A stretch of DNA of 64,000 nucleotides from an uncultured Candidatus Saccharibacteria bacterium (GTDB taxonomy: Bacteria; Patescibacteriota; Minisyncoccia; Phycocordibacterales; UBA2100): NCBI GenBank assembly GCA_964398775.1, contig CAYNND010000006.1, forward strand, positions 3,890-67,889. The letters are read 5' to 3'. Shown here in pieces: positions 8,380 to 18,071 of the stretch; within the stretch, counting starts at the first letter, position 1, and each line of letters begins with the position of its first letter. The translations under genes and the position numbers were made by a program. Below the pieces are notes generated by a model. That model did no database searches. It was given only the letters and a program-made list of their open reading frames with translations, and was not told the origin of the DNA.

Positions 8380-9523
8380 TGTGTGCGATACCGACGACAG
8401 GTACTACGGAACCATCAGCACGTTTGACTGTGCCCGAAACAGTACGTCCATGGAGTTCACCAGCATAGCGTGTGCCTGAACTGAGTGAGAGTGTAAAAGG
8501 TACATCGAGTGAGGTTACCTCCCACGCAGTACTTTTTTCATTGAGTGCATTTCCTTGCACTGTCGCTCTGAAGCCTTTATACGCGGCACCATCAATTCGT
8601 TTTAGAAGGACCCACTGATGTGAAGTATATGCTGGAACTGGGTTGGTTACATCTGATCTATCGACAACATACGCATTTCCTTCGGTATCAAAAACTATAA
8701 ATTGTGTAGCAAGTCCGCGTACATCGTTGAAGCCTTCAAAATACACTTGCTTTGTGTAATCACGTGAGTAGACAGGGGAGACAAACACATATGCATCGAC
8801 ACTGACACCATTTACTTGTAGCTCGGCGGTCCCGATACTCGCTTCTTTAAAATAGAGTGGTGTATTTTTTTCCAAGAAGTCACCAGAAAGATTTTTGATA
8901 CGGGCATCTATGCGCTGCTCTTCTATGACTGCACTGAGGTCGATGCTATAGCGCGCTGACAAGTCTGGAGCTCGAGTTACTTCAAGGGTATGCAAGTATC
9001 CGACAGGGGCGATGGTGAGTGCATTCGTGGTACCTGCGGTGTACGCGCTATAGGTGCGTGTTCCAGATACAAATGCAGCGTAGTGATAGAACTCAAAAGA
9101 AGCTTCTTTCTCCCGCACATTTAAATCAAACTCAACTGCGAGTGGCTCAGCGGTGTTTTTTCCAATAAGCACAATACGCAAAGCGCTCATTTCTGGGCGT
9201 ACCCCTTCTTGCACATGAGGAACACTGACATGTGTTCGTGGTGGTTCTTGTTGTGAAAAGAGAAAAATAGACACGATGCCACCGATGAGTATCGCTGCAA
9301 TGCATACTTGCACTATCCAGAAACGAAATGAGTTAGCACGCATATATGTACTCAGTGACAGCCACATACCTGAAAGAATCACGCTTATGGCGACAAATGA
9401 TTGTGTGAGTGTCGAAGTTACTGAAAAAATAATATCAGGAGGGAGTACTGCGTGTGCCGGTGACGGGAGCAGTAGCAGTATGAGGAGTACAGAGGCAAAT
9501 GTGCGCATATGCCTAGTATACAA
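8366..9523 (-). CDS. hypothetical membrane protein. Signal peptide plus 2-3 TM helices, then an extracytoplasmic domain.
   Basis: 385-aa ORF. N-terminus MRTFASVLLILLLLPSPAHA. Sits directly downstream of trpA on the same strand. Confidence 0.5.
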   Translation of the reverse strand: MYTRHMRTFASVLLILLLLPSPAHAVLPPDIIFSVTSTLTQSFVAISVILSGMWLSLSTYMRANSFRFWIVQVCIAAILIGGIVSIFLFSQQEPPRTHVSVPHVQEGVRPEMSALRIVLIGKNTAEPLAVEFDLNVREKEASFEFYHYAAFVSGTRTYSAYTAGTTNALTIAPVGYLHTLEVTRAPDLSARYSIDLSAVIEEQRIDARIKNLSGDFLEKNTPLYFKEASIGTAELQVNGVSVDAYVFVSPVYSRDYTKQVYFEGFNDVRGLATQFIVFDTEGNAYVVDRSDVTNPVPAYTSHQWVLLKRIDGAAYKGFRATVQGNALNEKSTAWEVTSLDVPFTLSLSSGTRYAGELHGRTVSGTVKRADGSVVPVVGIAHIESL

Positions 9524-9536
9524 GATTTCGCATCGC

Positions 9537-10322
9537 TCACTTCATGCTCTGCACAGCGCGATGTACCTCCTTACTTCTATGTGCTTGCACAAGTTTTACA
9601 AACACAGAACCCGCGATAGCAATTGGTGCAAAGGCATGCACCGCACGGACATCATCTCGTGTGCTGATTCCGAAACCGATACCAATCGGGAGCTGCGTCA
9701 GGGCTCGCACAGTACTCAGGTAGTGTTTGACTCCATCAAGTGTTGCCTGTTTTCCGGTCGTTCCTTGTCGGGAGGTGCAGTATATGAATCCACTTCCAAG
9801 AGGGAGTATTTTTTTGAGGCGAGTTTTCGTAACTCCTGGCGAGATTACGGGGATGATGTGTATGTCATGTGCTCGAGCGGCTGAAACGATGCGAGACCCT
9901 TCCTCAGTATCGAGTGGTATATCAGGGATGATGAGTCCTGCAACGTGACTTGCGGCAGCATCTGCCACAAATGCCTCAATTCCATATCGAAACACTGAAT
10001 TGCCATAACACATGATAACGATAGGTGTTCTCGGGTGTCTGTGCCCAAATACATGTGCCATCTCAAAAGCATCAGCTGGAGCTGGTGCATGCTCGACAGC
10101 TATTTGGCATGCAGCAGCAATTGTTGGTCCGTCAGCCATAGGGTCTGAGAAGGGGATCTGCATTTCAAGGATGTCTGCGCCGCCACGAATCATGTCGTCT
10201 GCAATATGTGCAGAAGCATCTATGTCGGGGAAGCCCACTATCATATGTGTCATCAAGAGCTGCCCTTTTTTCTCTGCGAGGAGTTGCGTGAGGGTATTCA
10301 TATTAGTATCGAGAAAGTTCAT
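9537..10322 (-). CDS. trpA: tryptophan synthase alpha chain
   Basis: GADILEMQIPFSDPMADGPTI and a C-terminal GFGIST motif. 261 aa. Overlaps trpB by 20 nt. Confidence 0.9.
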   Translation of the reverse strand: MNFLDTNMNTLTQLLAEKKGQLLMTHMIVGFPDIDASAHIADDMIRGGADILEMQIPFSDPMADGPTIAAACQIAVEHAPAPADAFEMAHVFGHRHPRTPIVIMCYGNSVFRYGIEAFVADAAASHVAGLIIPDIPLDTEEGSRIVSAARAHDIHIIPVISPGVTKTRLKKILPLGSGFIYCTSRQGTTGKQATLDGVKHYLSTVRALTQLPIGIGFGISTRDDVRAVHAFAPIAIAGSVFVKLVQAHRSKEVHRAVQSMK

Positions 10323-11541
10323 CTGCTAAAAATGCCTTGAATGTGCCATCGCCATGTTCTCTTGCGAGAGTGAACAAATCTTTATCACCTCGACCAGAAA
10401 CATTGACCACAATCGTCTTTGTTTTTGAGAGGGTTGGTGCAAGCTTGAGTGCATACGCAAGCGCATGCGCACTTTCAAGCGCTGGAATAATTCCTTCGTT
10501 TCGCGCAAAAAACTCCACAGCAGCAAGTGCCTCAGTGTCTGTGGCTGTTGTAAGCTCAAGCCGCTTCGCTTCATAGAGCATCGCAAGGTCGGGGCCAAGC
10601 CCTGGATAATCAAGCCCAGCAGCGATACTGTGCGTCGGGGCAATCTGTCCATCTTTTGTTTGTAAGAACAGAGATTTGTATCCTTGGAAGATGCCTGGCT
10701 CTCCTGCAATTTTCCTGCTTGAATGCTCGCCAACTGCATTTCCTCTTCCTCCCGCTTCAACACCAATGAGTCGCACTTTTGTATGAGGAATGAATGCGTC
10801 AAATGCACCGATTGCATTACTACCACCTCCAACGCAAGCGATGACAGCAGCGGGGAGAGTGGCACCAGTGTGTTCTTTGAGTTGTGATTGTATTTCGCGC
10901 CCGATGATTGACTGGAAGTATCTGTTCATTTCAGGATATGGTTTCGGCCCGAGCACAGAACCAATCACATAGTGAGCATCTGCAAGGTGTTCCATCCAAT
11001 ACTTGAGCGCTTCGTTGACCGCATCTTTCAATGTTTTGCTCCCTGATTCAACTGAAATGACACGGGCACCCATGAGTTCCATAAAAAAAACATTTGGGCG
11101 TTGTCTGCGAATATCTTCTGCGCCCATAAACACTACGCACTTCATTCCAAGTTTTGCGGCGACGGTCGCTGTTGCGACGCCGTGCTGACCTGCACCAGTC
11201 TCTGCAATGAGTGTTGTTTTTCCGAGGGTGCGTGCGATGAGTGCTTGTCCAAGGCAGTGTGTAATTTTGTGAGCGCCCGTAATGTTCAGACCTTCATTTT
11301 TTAAATAAATGCGGGCACCTTTGCAATGTTTTGTTGCTTGTGCGGCAAAGGTAAGTGGTGTCGGGCGACCTGAAAAGTGTTTCAGTAGTTGTGCGTACTC
11401 TTTCCGGAATTGGGCTGAGCGCTGCGCTTTCTCAAATGTCTCTACAAGTTCTCTGAGGGGCTCATGCAACATTTCAGGAACATAGGCGCCACCATACTGT
11501 GGGTGTTGATTTTTTTTCCCGCTGACTGAGTGTTTTTTCAT
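10303..11541 (-). CDS. trpB: tryptophan synthase beta chain
   Basis: GRPTPL, the PLP-lysine context NITGAHKITH, ETGAGQHGVATA and GGGSNAIG. 412 aa. Confidence 0.95.
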   Translation of the reverse strand: MKKHSVSGKKNQHPQYGGAYVPEMLHEPLRELVETFEKAQRSAQFRKEYAQLLKHFSGRPTPLTFAAQATKHCKGARIYLKNEGLNITGAHKITHCLGQALIARTLGKTTLIAETGAGQHGVATATVAAKLGMKCVVFMGAEDIRRQRPNVFFMELMGARVISVESGSKTLKDAVNEALKYWMEHLADAHYVIGSVLGPKPYPEMNRYFQSIIGREIQSQLKEHTGATLPAAVIACVGGGSNAIGAFDAFIPHTKVRLIGVEAGGRGNAVGEHSSRKIAGEPGIFQGYKSLFLQTKDGQIAPTHSIAAGLDYPGLGPDLAMLYEAKRLELTTATDTEALAAVEFFARNEGIIPALESAHALAYALKLAPTLSKTKTIVVNVSGRGDKDLFTLAREHGDGTFKAFLADELSRY

Positions 11542-11547
11542 ATCTAT

Positions 11548-12327
11548 TTATACTACTAATGCGGCTTGTAATGAAGCAATATGTTCAGCAGGGTGCGATG
11601 ATTGCAATATTGATGCACCCACGAGTATGCCTCGCGCACCCGCTGCACGTACACGCGACACATCTGCAGCGTTCTGTATTCCAGATTCGCTGATGACTGG
11701 GATTGAGTGCGGGATAGTGGTGATCAGTTGTTCGGTTACCGACAGGTCAATGGTGAGCGTATCAAGGTTTCGATTGTTGATACCAATAATACGCGCGCCG
11801 CAACGGAGGGCTTTCTCCACTTCAAGTTCAGTATGCACTTCTACAAAATATCCAAGATTGCATGCAGTGCACGCTGCGATGCATGCAACAAGTTCTGCCT
11901 CATCAAGTACTGAGGCAATAAGTAAAACAGCATCAGCACTAGTCAACGCCGTTTCGTATATCTGGTAGACATCAACAACAAACTCCTTTCGTAAAATGGT
12001 TTGCGGGGCAAGAGCATGCACTTGCTCAAGCAATTCGAGGCTGCCACCAAAATACTTTGTATCTGTAAGTACTGATATGCAGTTAATCGTTGTTGGTGCA
12101 TACTTTTTCGCGACAGAAAGTGGGTCACTGGTGAGAGTCCCATGAGATGGTGATTTCGGTTTTATCTCACCAATGAGTACTCCTGTACTTTCAAATAGCT
12201 CAAAAAAAGGACGGCGGGGTCTGTACAAGTCGGTACGAGCCTGGAGTGTCTCAAGCGGCAGGCGCGCTTTGAGTGCTGCGACTTCTTCTTTTTTATGTGC
12301 GATGATTTCATCCAAGATGTTTGTCAT
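11548..12327 (-). CDS. trpC: indole-3-glycerol-phosphate synthase
   Basis: GEIKPKSPSHG, INCISVLTD, FVEVHTELE, IGINNRNL. 259 aa. Confidence 0.9.
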   Translation of the reverse strand: MTNILDEIIAHKKEEVAALKARLPLETLQARTDLYRPRRPFFELFESTGVLIGEIKPKSPSHGTLTSDPLSVAKKYAPTTINCISVLTDTKYFGGSLELLEQVHALAPQTILRKEFVVDVYQIYETALTSADAVLLIASVLDEAELVACIAACTACNLGYFVEVHTELEVEKALRCGARIIGINNRNLDTLTIDLSVTEQLITTIPHSIPVISESGIQNAADVSRVRAAGARGILVGASILQSSHPAEHIASLQAALVV

Positions 12328-12971
12328 ACTGTGTGTGCGTGACTGATAAATGTTCTCACTTTCTCCTCATCTTTTTCACCGGTTGCTCTGCAGACCCCTG
12401 AGCGAACGTCGACTGCATACGGGCGCACTTGCGCGATAGCTCCACGCACATTTTCTGGATTTAATCCGCCCGCAAGGATAACTGGAATAGATACCGTTCG
12501 CACGATGTCTGCGCTGACGCTCCAGTCGTGGGTAACCCCAGTCCCGCCGGTGGTGCCTTTCAGTGATGTATCAAGCAGGAGTGCATGTGCTGCAGCTTCA
12601 AAACTCTGTGCTCGTTCCACGCTGCTGCTATCTTGAACGTGGACGACAGCAATAAACTGCACGTAGGGGAATTGCACACGGAGCGTGCTGATATGTGCGG
12701 GAGTAATATGTGAGTGACATTGGACAACTGAAGTACCAGTTACAGATATAAGTGCAGCGATAGACTCAATACTTTCATGTGTGGTCACTATGACGCCCTG
12801 AACAAAGGGGGGCAGAGCAGTGAGTATGTCTCGAGCAGTCTCTGGAGTGACAAAATGCTTCTGTGATTCGGTATGCGGTCCAACAAGAATACCTACAGCG
12901 TCTGCACCGCTCCGTGCTGCAAGGAGTGCTTCATTAACACTTCGGTTACCGCATATTTTTATTCGAGTCAT
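12324..12971 (-). CDS. trpF: phosphoribosylanthranilate isomerase
   Basis: MTRIKICGN...GADAVGIL...LAGGLNPENV. 215 aa. 4-nt overlaps with both neighbours. Confidence 0.85.
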   Translation of the reverse strand: MTRIKICGNRSVNEALLAARSGADAVGILVGPHTESQKHFVTPETARDILTALPPFVQGVIVTTHESIESIAALISVTGTSVVQCHSHITPAHISTLRVQFPYVQFIAVVHVQDSSSVERAQSFEAAAHALLLDTSLKGTTGGTGVTHDWSVSADIVRTVSIPVILAGGLNPENVRGAIAQVRPYAVDVRSGVCRATGEKDEEKVRTFISHAHTV

Positions 12972-13990
12972 AGTGCAGAATATTTTTGTGATGCGCTGAT
13001 AAGTGACTCAAGTGCGTGCAGAGCGCGTCCAGTATCAATACTCTCGTGCGCGTGCGTAATACCTTGCGCGATTGAGTGTGTCACCCCTGCTGCATAGAGT
13101 CCTGCTGCTGCATTGAGTACAACTACGTCTCGCCGCGCACCAGTTTCACCACTGAGGATTGCACGCGTTATAGCTGCGTTTGCCACTGCATCACCACCAG
13201 TGAGGGCTCCTTTCTTCGGTTTTTTAAACCCAAGCTTTTGCGGGTCGATAGTAAGGCGCTTCACACGAGTCCGCTCGACGAGCACCGCATCTGTCGGAGC
13301 ACTCGTGCTCACCTCATCGAGGCCGTCGCGACTGTGAACGATAAGTGCTCGGGCGTATCCAAGTTTTTGAGCAACAGGTGCGAGTCTGTGGAGTCCGTTT
13401 ATGCTTGGGACACCGATGAGCTGTGTTCGTGTTCCTGCTGGGTTTGCAAAGGGGCCAAGGAGGTTAAAGAGTGTTCGTATACCAAGTGTTTTTCTGAGTG
13501 CTCCAACTTGTTTCAGTGCAGGATGAAAGAGTGGAGCAAATAGAAATACAATTCCCACTTCGCGGTACACTGCAGCTGCTAACTCTGGAGTCAGTTGCAC
13601 GTTCACACCTAGCGCTTCAAGTACATCAGCGCTTCCGCATTTGCTACTCGCTGCGCGGTTACCGTGCTTTGCAATGCAAACCCCTGCACCGGCAAGTACA
13701 AATGCTGCAGTTGTTGAAATGTTAAATGTATGTGCGCCGTCGCCACCAGTACCTACGATATCAAATGCGCCTGGAGCGTCGACTCGTTTCATGTGGTCGC
13801 GCAATGCATGAACTGCACCGACAATCTCTTCTGTCGTTTCTCCTTTCATGCGCAGCGCTGTAATGCATGCGCTTGCAAGTGCGCCGTCGACTGTCCCATC
13901 CATCAACGCACTGACAAACGAACGTATCTCTTTTGTAGAACAATCCGTATGTGCTACAAGCTGTGCGAGCAGTTGTTGTGTTGGGTTCAT
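12968..13990 (-). CDS. trpD: anthranilate phosphoribosyltransferase
   Basis: GTGGDGAHTFNISTTAAFVLAGAGVCIAKHGNRAASSKCGSADVLEALGV. 340 aa. Confidence 0.95.
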   Translation of the reverse strand: MNPTQQLLAQLVAHTDCSTKEIRSFVSALMDGTVDGALASACITALRMKGETTEEIVGAVHALRDHMKRVDAPGAFDIVGTGGDGAHTFNISTTAAFVLAGAGVCIAKHGNRAASSKCGSADVLEALGVNVQLTPELAAAVYREVGIVFLFAPLFHPALKQVGALRKTLGIRTLFNLLGPFANPAGTRTQLIGVPSINGLHRLAPVAQKLGYARALIVHSRDGLDEVSTSAPTDAVLVERTRVKRLTIDPQKLGFKKPKKGALTGGDAVANAAITRAILSGETGARRDVVVLNAAAGLYAAGVTHSIAQGITHAHESIDTGRALHALESLISASQKYSAL

Positions 13991-14586
13991 GAAAGTGATT
14001 GTATAAAATTGGTAAGCATCTGTTTGCCGCCTTCAGTTGCAAAAGATTCTGGATGAAACTGTATACCTTCAATTCGTCTTTCCTTGTGGCGAAGTCCCAT
14101 GATATCTCCCTCACTGGTCTCTGCGGTAATACTGAGGCACGCTGGAAGGGTAGAGCGTTCGGCGATAAGTGAATGGTACCGCATGACTTCTATACCTTGC
14201 GGTAGACCCGCAAAAACCCCAGCACTGTCATGGGAGATGGTGCTTGTTTTACCATGCATCGGAAGGGCAGCTCTGACGACATGCCCCCCACAGTAGTGTG
14301 CTATTCCTTGCATGCCGAGACATACGCCGAGAATAGGTACGGGGAAGTCTTCATCTGTCAGTACGTCAGCACACACACCAAAGTATGCACGATCACTCGG
14401 GTCACCTGGCCCGGGGGAGAGCACAACACCGTCGTAGCCGCGCTCTCGAATCTCATCGAGAGTGATGTCTGTATTACGGATGACATCCACACTACCAGTA
14501 CTATTTTTTGCGAGGAAAATCTCTCCAAAGTATTGGTAAAGGTTATACGTAAATGAATCGTAGTTGTCGATGATGAGTAGTTTCAT
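13987..14586 (-). CDS. trpG: anthranilate synthase component II (glutamine amidotransferase)
   Basis: MKLLIIDNYDSFTYNL...ILGVCLGMQ. Class-I GATase triad context. 199 aa. Confidence 0.9.
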   Translation of the reverse strand: MKLLIIDNYDSFTYNLYQYFGEIFLAKNSTGSVDVIRNTDITLDEIRERGYDGVVLSPGPGDPSDRAYFGVCADVLTDEDFPVPILGVCLGMQGIAHYCGGHVVRAALPMHGKTSTISHDSAGVFAGLPQGIEVMRYHSLIAERSTLPACLSITAETSEGDIMGLRHKERRIEGIQFHPESFATEGGKQMLTNFIQSLS

Positions 14587-14591
14587 ACGAT

Positions 14592-15947
14592 TTAGTTAAA
14601 AGTTTCGGTTAGAGTTTTTTTCATTGCAGCAAGTTTACGCACGATTTCTTCGTACTCATGCGCAGGCTCTGAGTCGTACACAATTCCACTACATGTCTGT
14701 GCATACGCGCGCGATTCATTAATAAATACCGAGCGCAGCGCGAGCGCAAACGTGCAGTCGCCGTTGAAACCAAACTGCCCGACGCCACCCCCGTATGGTC
14801 CGCGTGCCTCCTTTTCATTTGCTTCGATAATTTTCAGCGTCTCAACTTTTGGGGTGCCGCATATTGTTCCCATGGGGAAGTTACTCGCGAGTGCCGAAAA
14901 GGCATCTTCTGTAGGCTTGATGATGCCTGAAACTTCACTCGAGAGGTGTTGCACATGCGAAAAGCGTACTACCTTCATAAGGTCTCGCACACGCACCGTG
15001 CCAAACTGTGCGACACGGCCGATATCGTTTCTGTGCAGGTCAACGAGCATCACATGTTCTGCGCGCTCTTTTGGGTCATTCATGAGTGCACGTGCCAGCT
15101 GCTGGTCTTCTGCCTCATCTTTTCCGCGGCGTGTTGTGCCTGCAAGTGGCTTAGTTGTCATTTCTCCATCGCGCAGTGAGAACAATAACTCAGGAGAAGC
15201 ACCAATTATTTTTCGCTTCTGAAAAGAAAGATAATACATGAACGGAGAAGGGTTCACTTCGCGCAGTCGTTCGTAGATGCGTAGTGTGTCACCTGAGATG
15301 GTGTAGTGTGATTTCAAGCCAACTTCGCATTGAAATGTATTTCCAGCACGAATGTGTTCTTTCACTCGACCAACAATCTGTGCATGTTCATCTGCGGTCA
15401 GCTCATCACCATCAAAGGTGACTGCAAGTGGCGCAGGAGTGTATGTGTCAGCGAGTACTTCGTGCACGAGTGACTCACGGTCTCGTTCGTAGCAAAAGTA
15501 GAAGAGTTCATTCGTTGTTTTGTCATAGACGAGTCCATCGTCGTATGCGCCAAAGAGGAAGGTGGGGAAGTCAGGGTGAGTTTTCACAGGGACAGTTGGT
15601 TCAAAGTATTGGGTTGCCTCGTAGCCGAGATATCCCACAAGTCCACCACTGTAGTTTCGTGCAATCGTGTGCTCAGGCATCACTTTCCGGAGCGCGTCGT
15701 ATGCGTTAGTGACTGTATATGCAGTCCCATCAATAGAGAAATCAGTATTATTTCCGACAATGAGATGTTTCGGGTCAAAGCCGATGATTGAATAGCGAGC
15801 AAATCGTCCTTCCTCACCAAGAGACTCAAAAATGAAACTCGTGTCAAAGCGTCGCTCTATCTTTTTGAAAAGTTCAAAGAAATCGATATCGTCTGCAACT
15901 TTTCTGTACTGTGGTTTCTTGCCGAGTATGATGCGTGGTGGGTTCAT
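14592..15947 (-). CDS. trpE: anthranilate synthase component I
   Basis: Chorismate-binding C-terminus GTICGTPKVETLKIIEANEKEARGPYGGGVGQFGFNGDCTFALALR. 451 aa. Confidence 0.9.
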   Translation of the reverse strand: MNPPRIILGKKPQYRKVADDIDFFELFKKIERRFDTSFIFESLGEEGRFARYSIIGFDPKHLIVGNNTDFSIDGTAYTVTNAYDALRKVMPEHTIARNYSGGLVGYLGYEATQYFEPTVPVKTHPDFPTFLFGAYDDGLVYDKTTNELFYFCYERDRESLVHEVLADTYTPAPLAVTFDGDELTADEHAQIVGRVKEHIRAGNTFQCEVGLKSHYTISGDTLRIYERLREVNPSPFMYYLSFQKRKIIGASPELLFSLRDGEMTTKPLAGTTRRGKDEAEDQQLARALMNDPKERAEHVMLVDLHRNDIGRVAQFGTVRVRDLMKVVRFSHVQHLSSEVSGIIKPTEDAFSALASNFPMGTICGTPKVETLKIIEANEKEARGPYGGGVGQFGFNGDCTFALALRSVFINESRAYAQTCSGIVYDSEPAHEYEEIVRKLAAMKKTLTETFN

Positions 15948-16200
15948 AGAAGATATTAAAAATCGCCCTTATAAAATGACAAACATTCATTTTATAAGGG
16001 CGATTTTCACCGCGGTACCACCTTATTTGTTGCTCATCGACTCCATACTGCTATGACATCGATTATCTCTGTTACGGGAGCTCCCGAGTATTCACTTGTG
16101 CAACTACTACCATGCGCATGAAGCGCGATAGCGACCCAGTCTCCCGTACAGGTACTCCTGCGAGAGATCGCTATCAATGGCTATATCTATACATACTCTA
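15948..16200 (-). promoter_or_regulatory. T-box riboswitch leader (tRNA-Trp-responsive) with intrinsic terminator, upstream of trpE
   Basis: On the minus strand: conserved T-box sequence AAAUAAGGUGGUACCGCGGUG (+ coords about 16003-16025). Immediately followed by a long hairpin AAAAUCGCCCUUAUAAAAUGA...UCAUUUUAUAAGGGCGAUUUUU. Upstream Stem-I-like hairpin GAUAGCGA...AGAC-UGG-G-UCGCUAUC carries a UGG Trp specifier plus purine. AGAGA (GA-motif) upstream. -35/-10 candidate TTGACT...TATAGA further upstream. Confidence 0.75.
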
Positions 16201-16276
16201 TAGGGAGCAGCCCATGGAGTCAAGGTGCTCACAGGCTCGGTTTGTATTCACAGAAAGATAACGGTATGGTTCTTGT

Positions 16277-16981
16277 ATGAAAATCCATCGTTTCTTTATT
16301 GCAGATGACATCGTGGGTGCAACCTATGTCATCCAAGATGAAGATTTGGTGCATCAGATTACTCGTGTACTGCGTATCGGAACAGGGGAGCGCATTGCGC
16401 TTGTTGTTGGCGGTGGGAAACAGTTCCTTGCTGAGGTCGTTGAGACTGAGAAGCGTTTTGTAACAGTGCAGGTTTTGGAGGAACAGCAGGTCTGGGTCCC
16501 GAAACAACGCATAATTGTATGTCTCTCTGCGATACGGAAAGAGCGTTTTGAGTGGGCACTCGAAAAATGTACTGAAGTTGGTGTATCAGCAGTTGTGCCA
16601 CTTATTGCCGCTCGCAGTGAGCGTGGTGTTGTGCAACATGAGCGTGCGCAACGTATCATGCAAGAAGCAGCTGAGCAGTGTGGGCGTGGCGACATGCCCG
16701 AGCTTGGCACACCAGTCACGCTCGGAGATATGCTTCCAGAAGTTGGAGACGCATGTGTTGTCGCGTGTGATATGGGGGGCGGGCACTTCTCAGATGTGCC
16801 ACACATCGATACCGCAGATGTAATCTATCTCTGCATTGGCCCAGAAGGTGGGTGGAATGATGATGAGCGTGTATTGCTCCAATCCCATAATGCTGCTTTT
16901 GTATCCCTTGGCCCGACGGTACTGCGTGCAGAGACTGCAGCTGTCGCTGCGTGTGTTCTTGTACAACATGTTGTAGAATAG
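16277..16981 (+). CDS. rsmE: 16S rRNA (uracil1498-N3)-methyltransferase
   Basis: RFF...LRL...SERSV...AAEQCGR...GPEGGW...LGPTVLRAETAAV. 234 aa. Confidence 0.8.
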   Translation: MKIHRFFIADDIVGATYVIQDEDLVHQITRVLRIGTGERIALVVGGGKQFLAEVVETEKRFVTVQVLEEQQVWVPKQRIIVCLSAIRKERFEWALEKCTEVGVSAVVPLIAARSERGVVQHERAQRIMQEAAEQCGRGDMPELGTPVTLGDMLPEVGDACVVACDMGGGHFSDVPHIDTADVIYLCIGPEGGWNDDERVLLQSHNAAFVSLGPTVLRAETAAVAACVLVQHVVE

Positions 16982-16986
16982 CGCCC

Positions 16987-17985
16987 ATGCTTAAACATAT
17001 TCTCCCGGGAGGGTTTTTCTTTTACTCAGCGCTTGTGTCTGTCGGTGCTCTCCTTGTCATCTTATTTGGTTATGGTGTCGGGCTCTTCTTTACTGCCGCA
17101 CTCCTCGCACTCCTTGAAGTAACACTTTCTTTTGACAACGCTGTAGTGAACGCAAAGATTCTTAAAGATATGTCGCCCAAGTGGCAACAGCGCTTCCTGA
17201 CATGGGGAATTATCGTTGCCGTTGTAGGTACGCGTCTCGTTCTGCCGATCATAATCGTTGCAGTAGTTGCAGGGCTTTCGCCTATGGTTGTTACACAGTT
17301 GGCATTCTTTGATCCAAAAGAGTATGGTCATTTACTTCATGAATCACATCACACCATCTCAGCATTTGGCGCTGCATTTCTATTCATGGTAGCACTCAGA
17401 TATTTCTTCGATGAAAAAAAAGAAGTACACTGGATTGAGAGTATCGAGAAGCGCTTGAGTAAGTGGGGTAATATTGAGGCATTTGAAATTGGATTGGTAC
17501 TCCTCCTCCTTTTTATAGTTTCTTTCTTCATCCCAGAAGAACGCGGGCTCATACTCGGCGCAGGGATTATTGGTGTCGTGCTCTTCATATTTATGGAGGC
17601 AATTACACACATCTTAAGCTCAAATGTGAAAAGCGTCGCCCATTCAGGACTTGCAGGGTTTCTCTATCTTGAGGTGCTTGATACTGCTTTTTCGCTCGAT
17701 GGGGTCATTGCTGCGTTTGCAATTACAACAAATCTTGCAGTTATCGCTGTCGGTCTATGTATTGGTGCATACTTTGTCCGCTCAATCACCGTCTTCCTAG
17801 TTCGAGAGGGAACGCTATCACAGATAAAATATCTTGAGCATGGAGCTCATTGGGCTATTTTCGGGCTTGCTGCTTCTATGGTGCTATCGCTGCTCACGGA
17901 AGTTTCTGAGATTGTTGTTGCGGGTGTGGGGCTCGTCATCATTATGGCGGCCTACTATTCTTCAGTAAAAGAATATAAAAAATAA
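16987..17985 (+). CDS. TerC/DUF475-family integral membrane protein
   Basis: LEVTLSFDNAVVNA motif (TerC-like). Multiple TM helices. Start moved to the internal Met just after the rsmE stop. Confidence 0.55.
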   Translation: MLKHILPGGFFFYSALVSVGALLVILFGYGVGLFFTAALLALLEVTLSFDNAVVNAKILKDMSPKWQQRFLTWGIIVAVVGTRLVLPIIIVAVVAGLSPMVVTQLAFFDPKEYGHLLHESHHTISAFGAAFLFMVALRYFFDEKKEVHWIESIEKRLSKWGNIEAFEIGLVLLLLFIVSFFIPEERGLILGAGIIGVVLFIFMEAITHILSSNVKSVAHSGLAGFLYLEVLDTAFSLDGVIAAFAITTNLAVIAVGLCIGAYFVRSITVFLVREGTLSQIKYLEHGAHWAIFGLAASMVLSLLTEVSEIVVAGVGLVIIMAAYYSSVKEYKK

Positions 17986-18071
17986 AAGAATCTTTCTGCT
18001 CTGTGTACTTGTGCACATTTCAGTTTGGTGCTTGGTACTGTTGTGTATCAATACATACTATGATTTGAAGT

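Noticed and set aside
10326-10865. 179-aa antisense ORF inside trpB. Similar long antisense ORFs sit inside trpD, trpE, ileS, ftsK and the 50696-51436 ORF opposite the RED-rich gene.
   Set aside because: Shadow ORFs opposite strongly supported genes. Low-complexity or odd composition, no signals.
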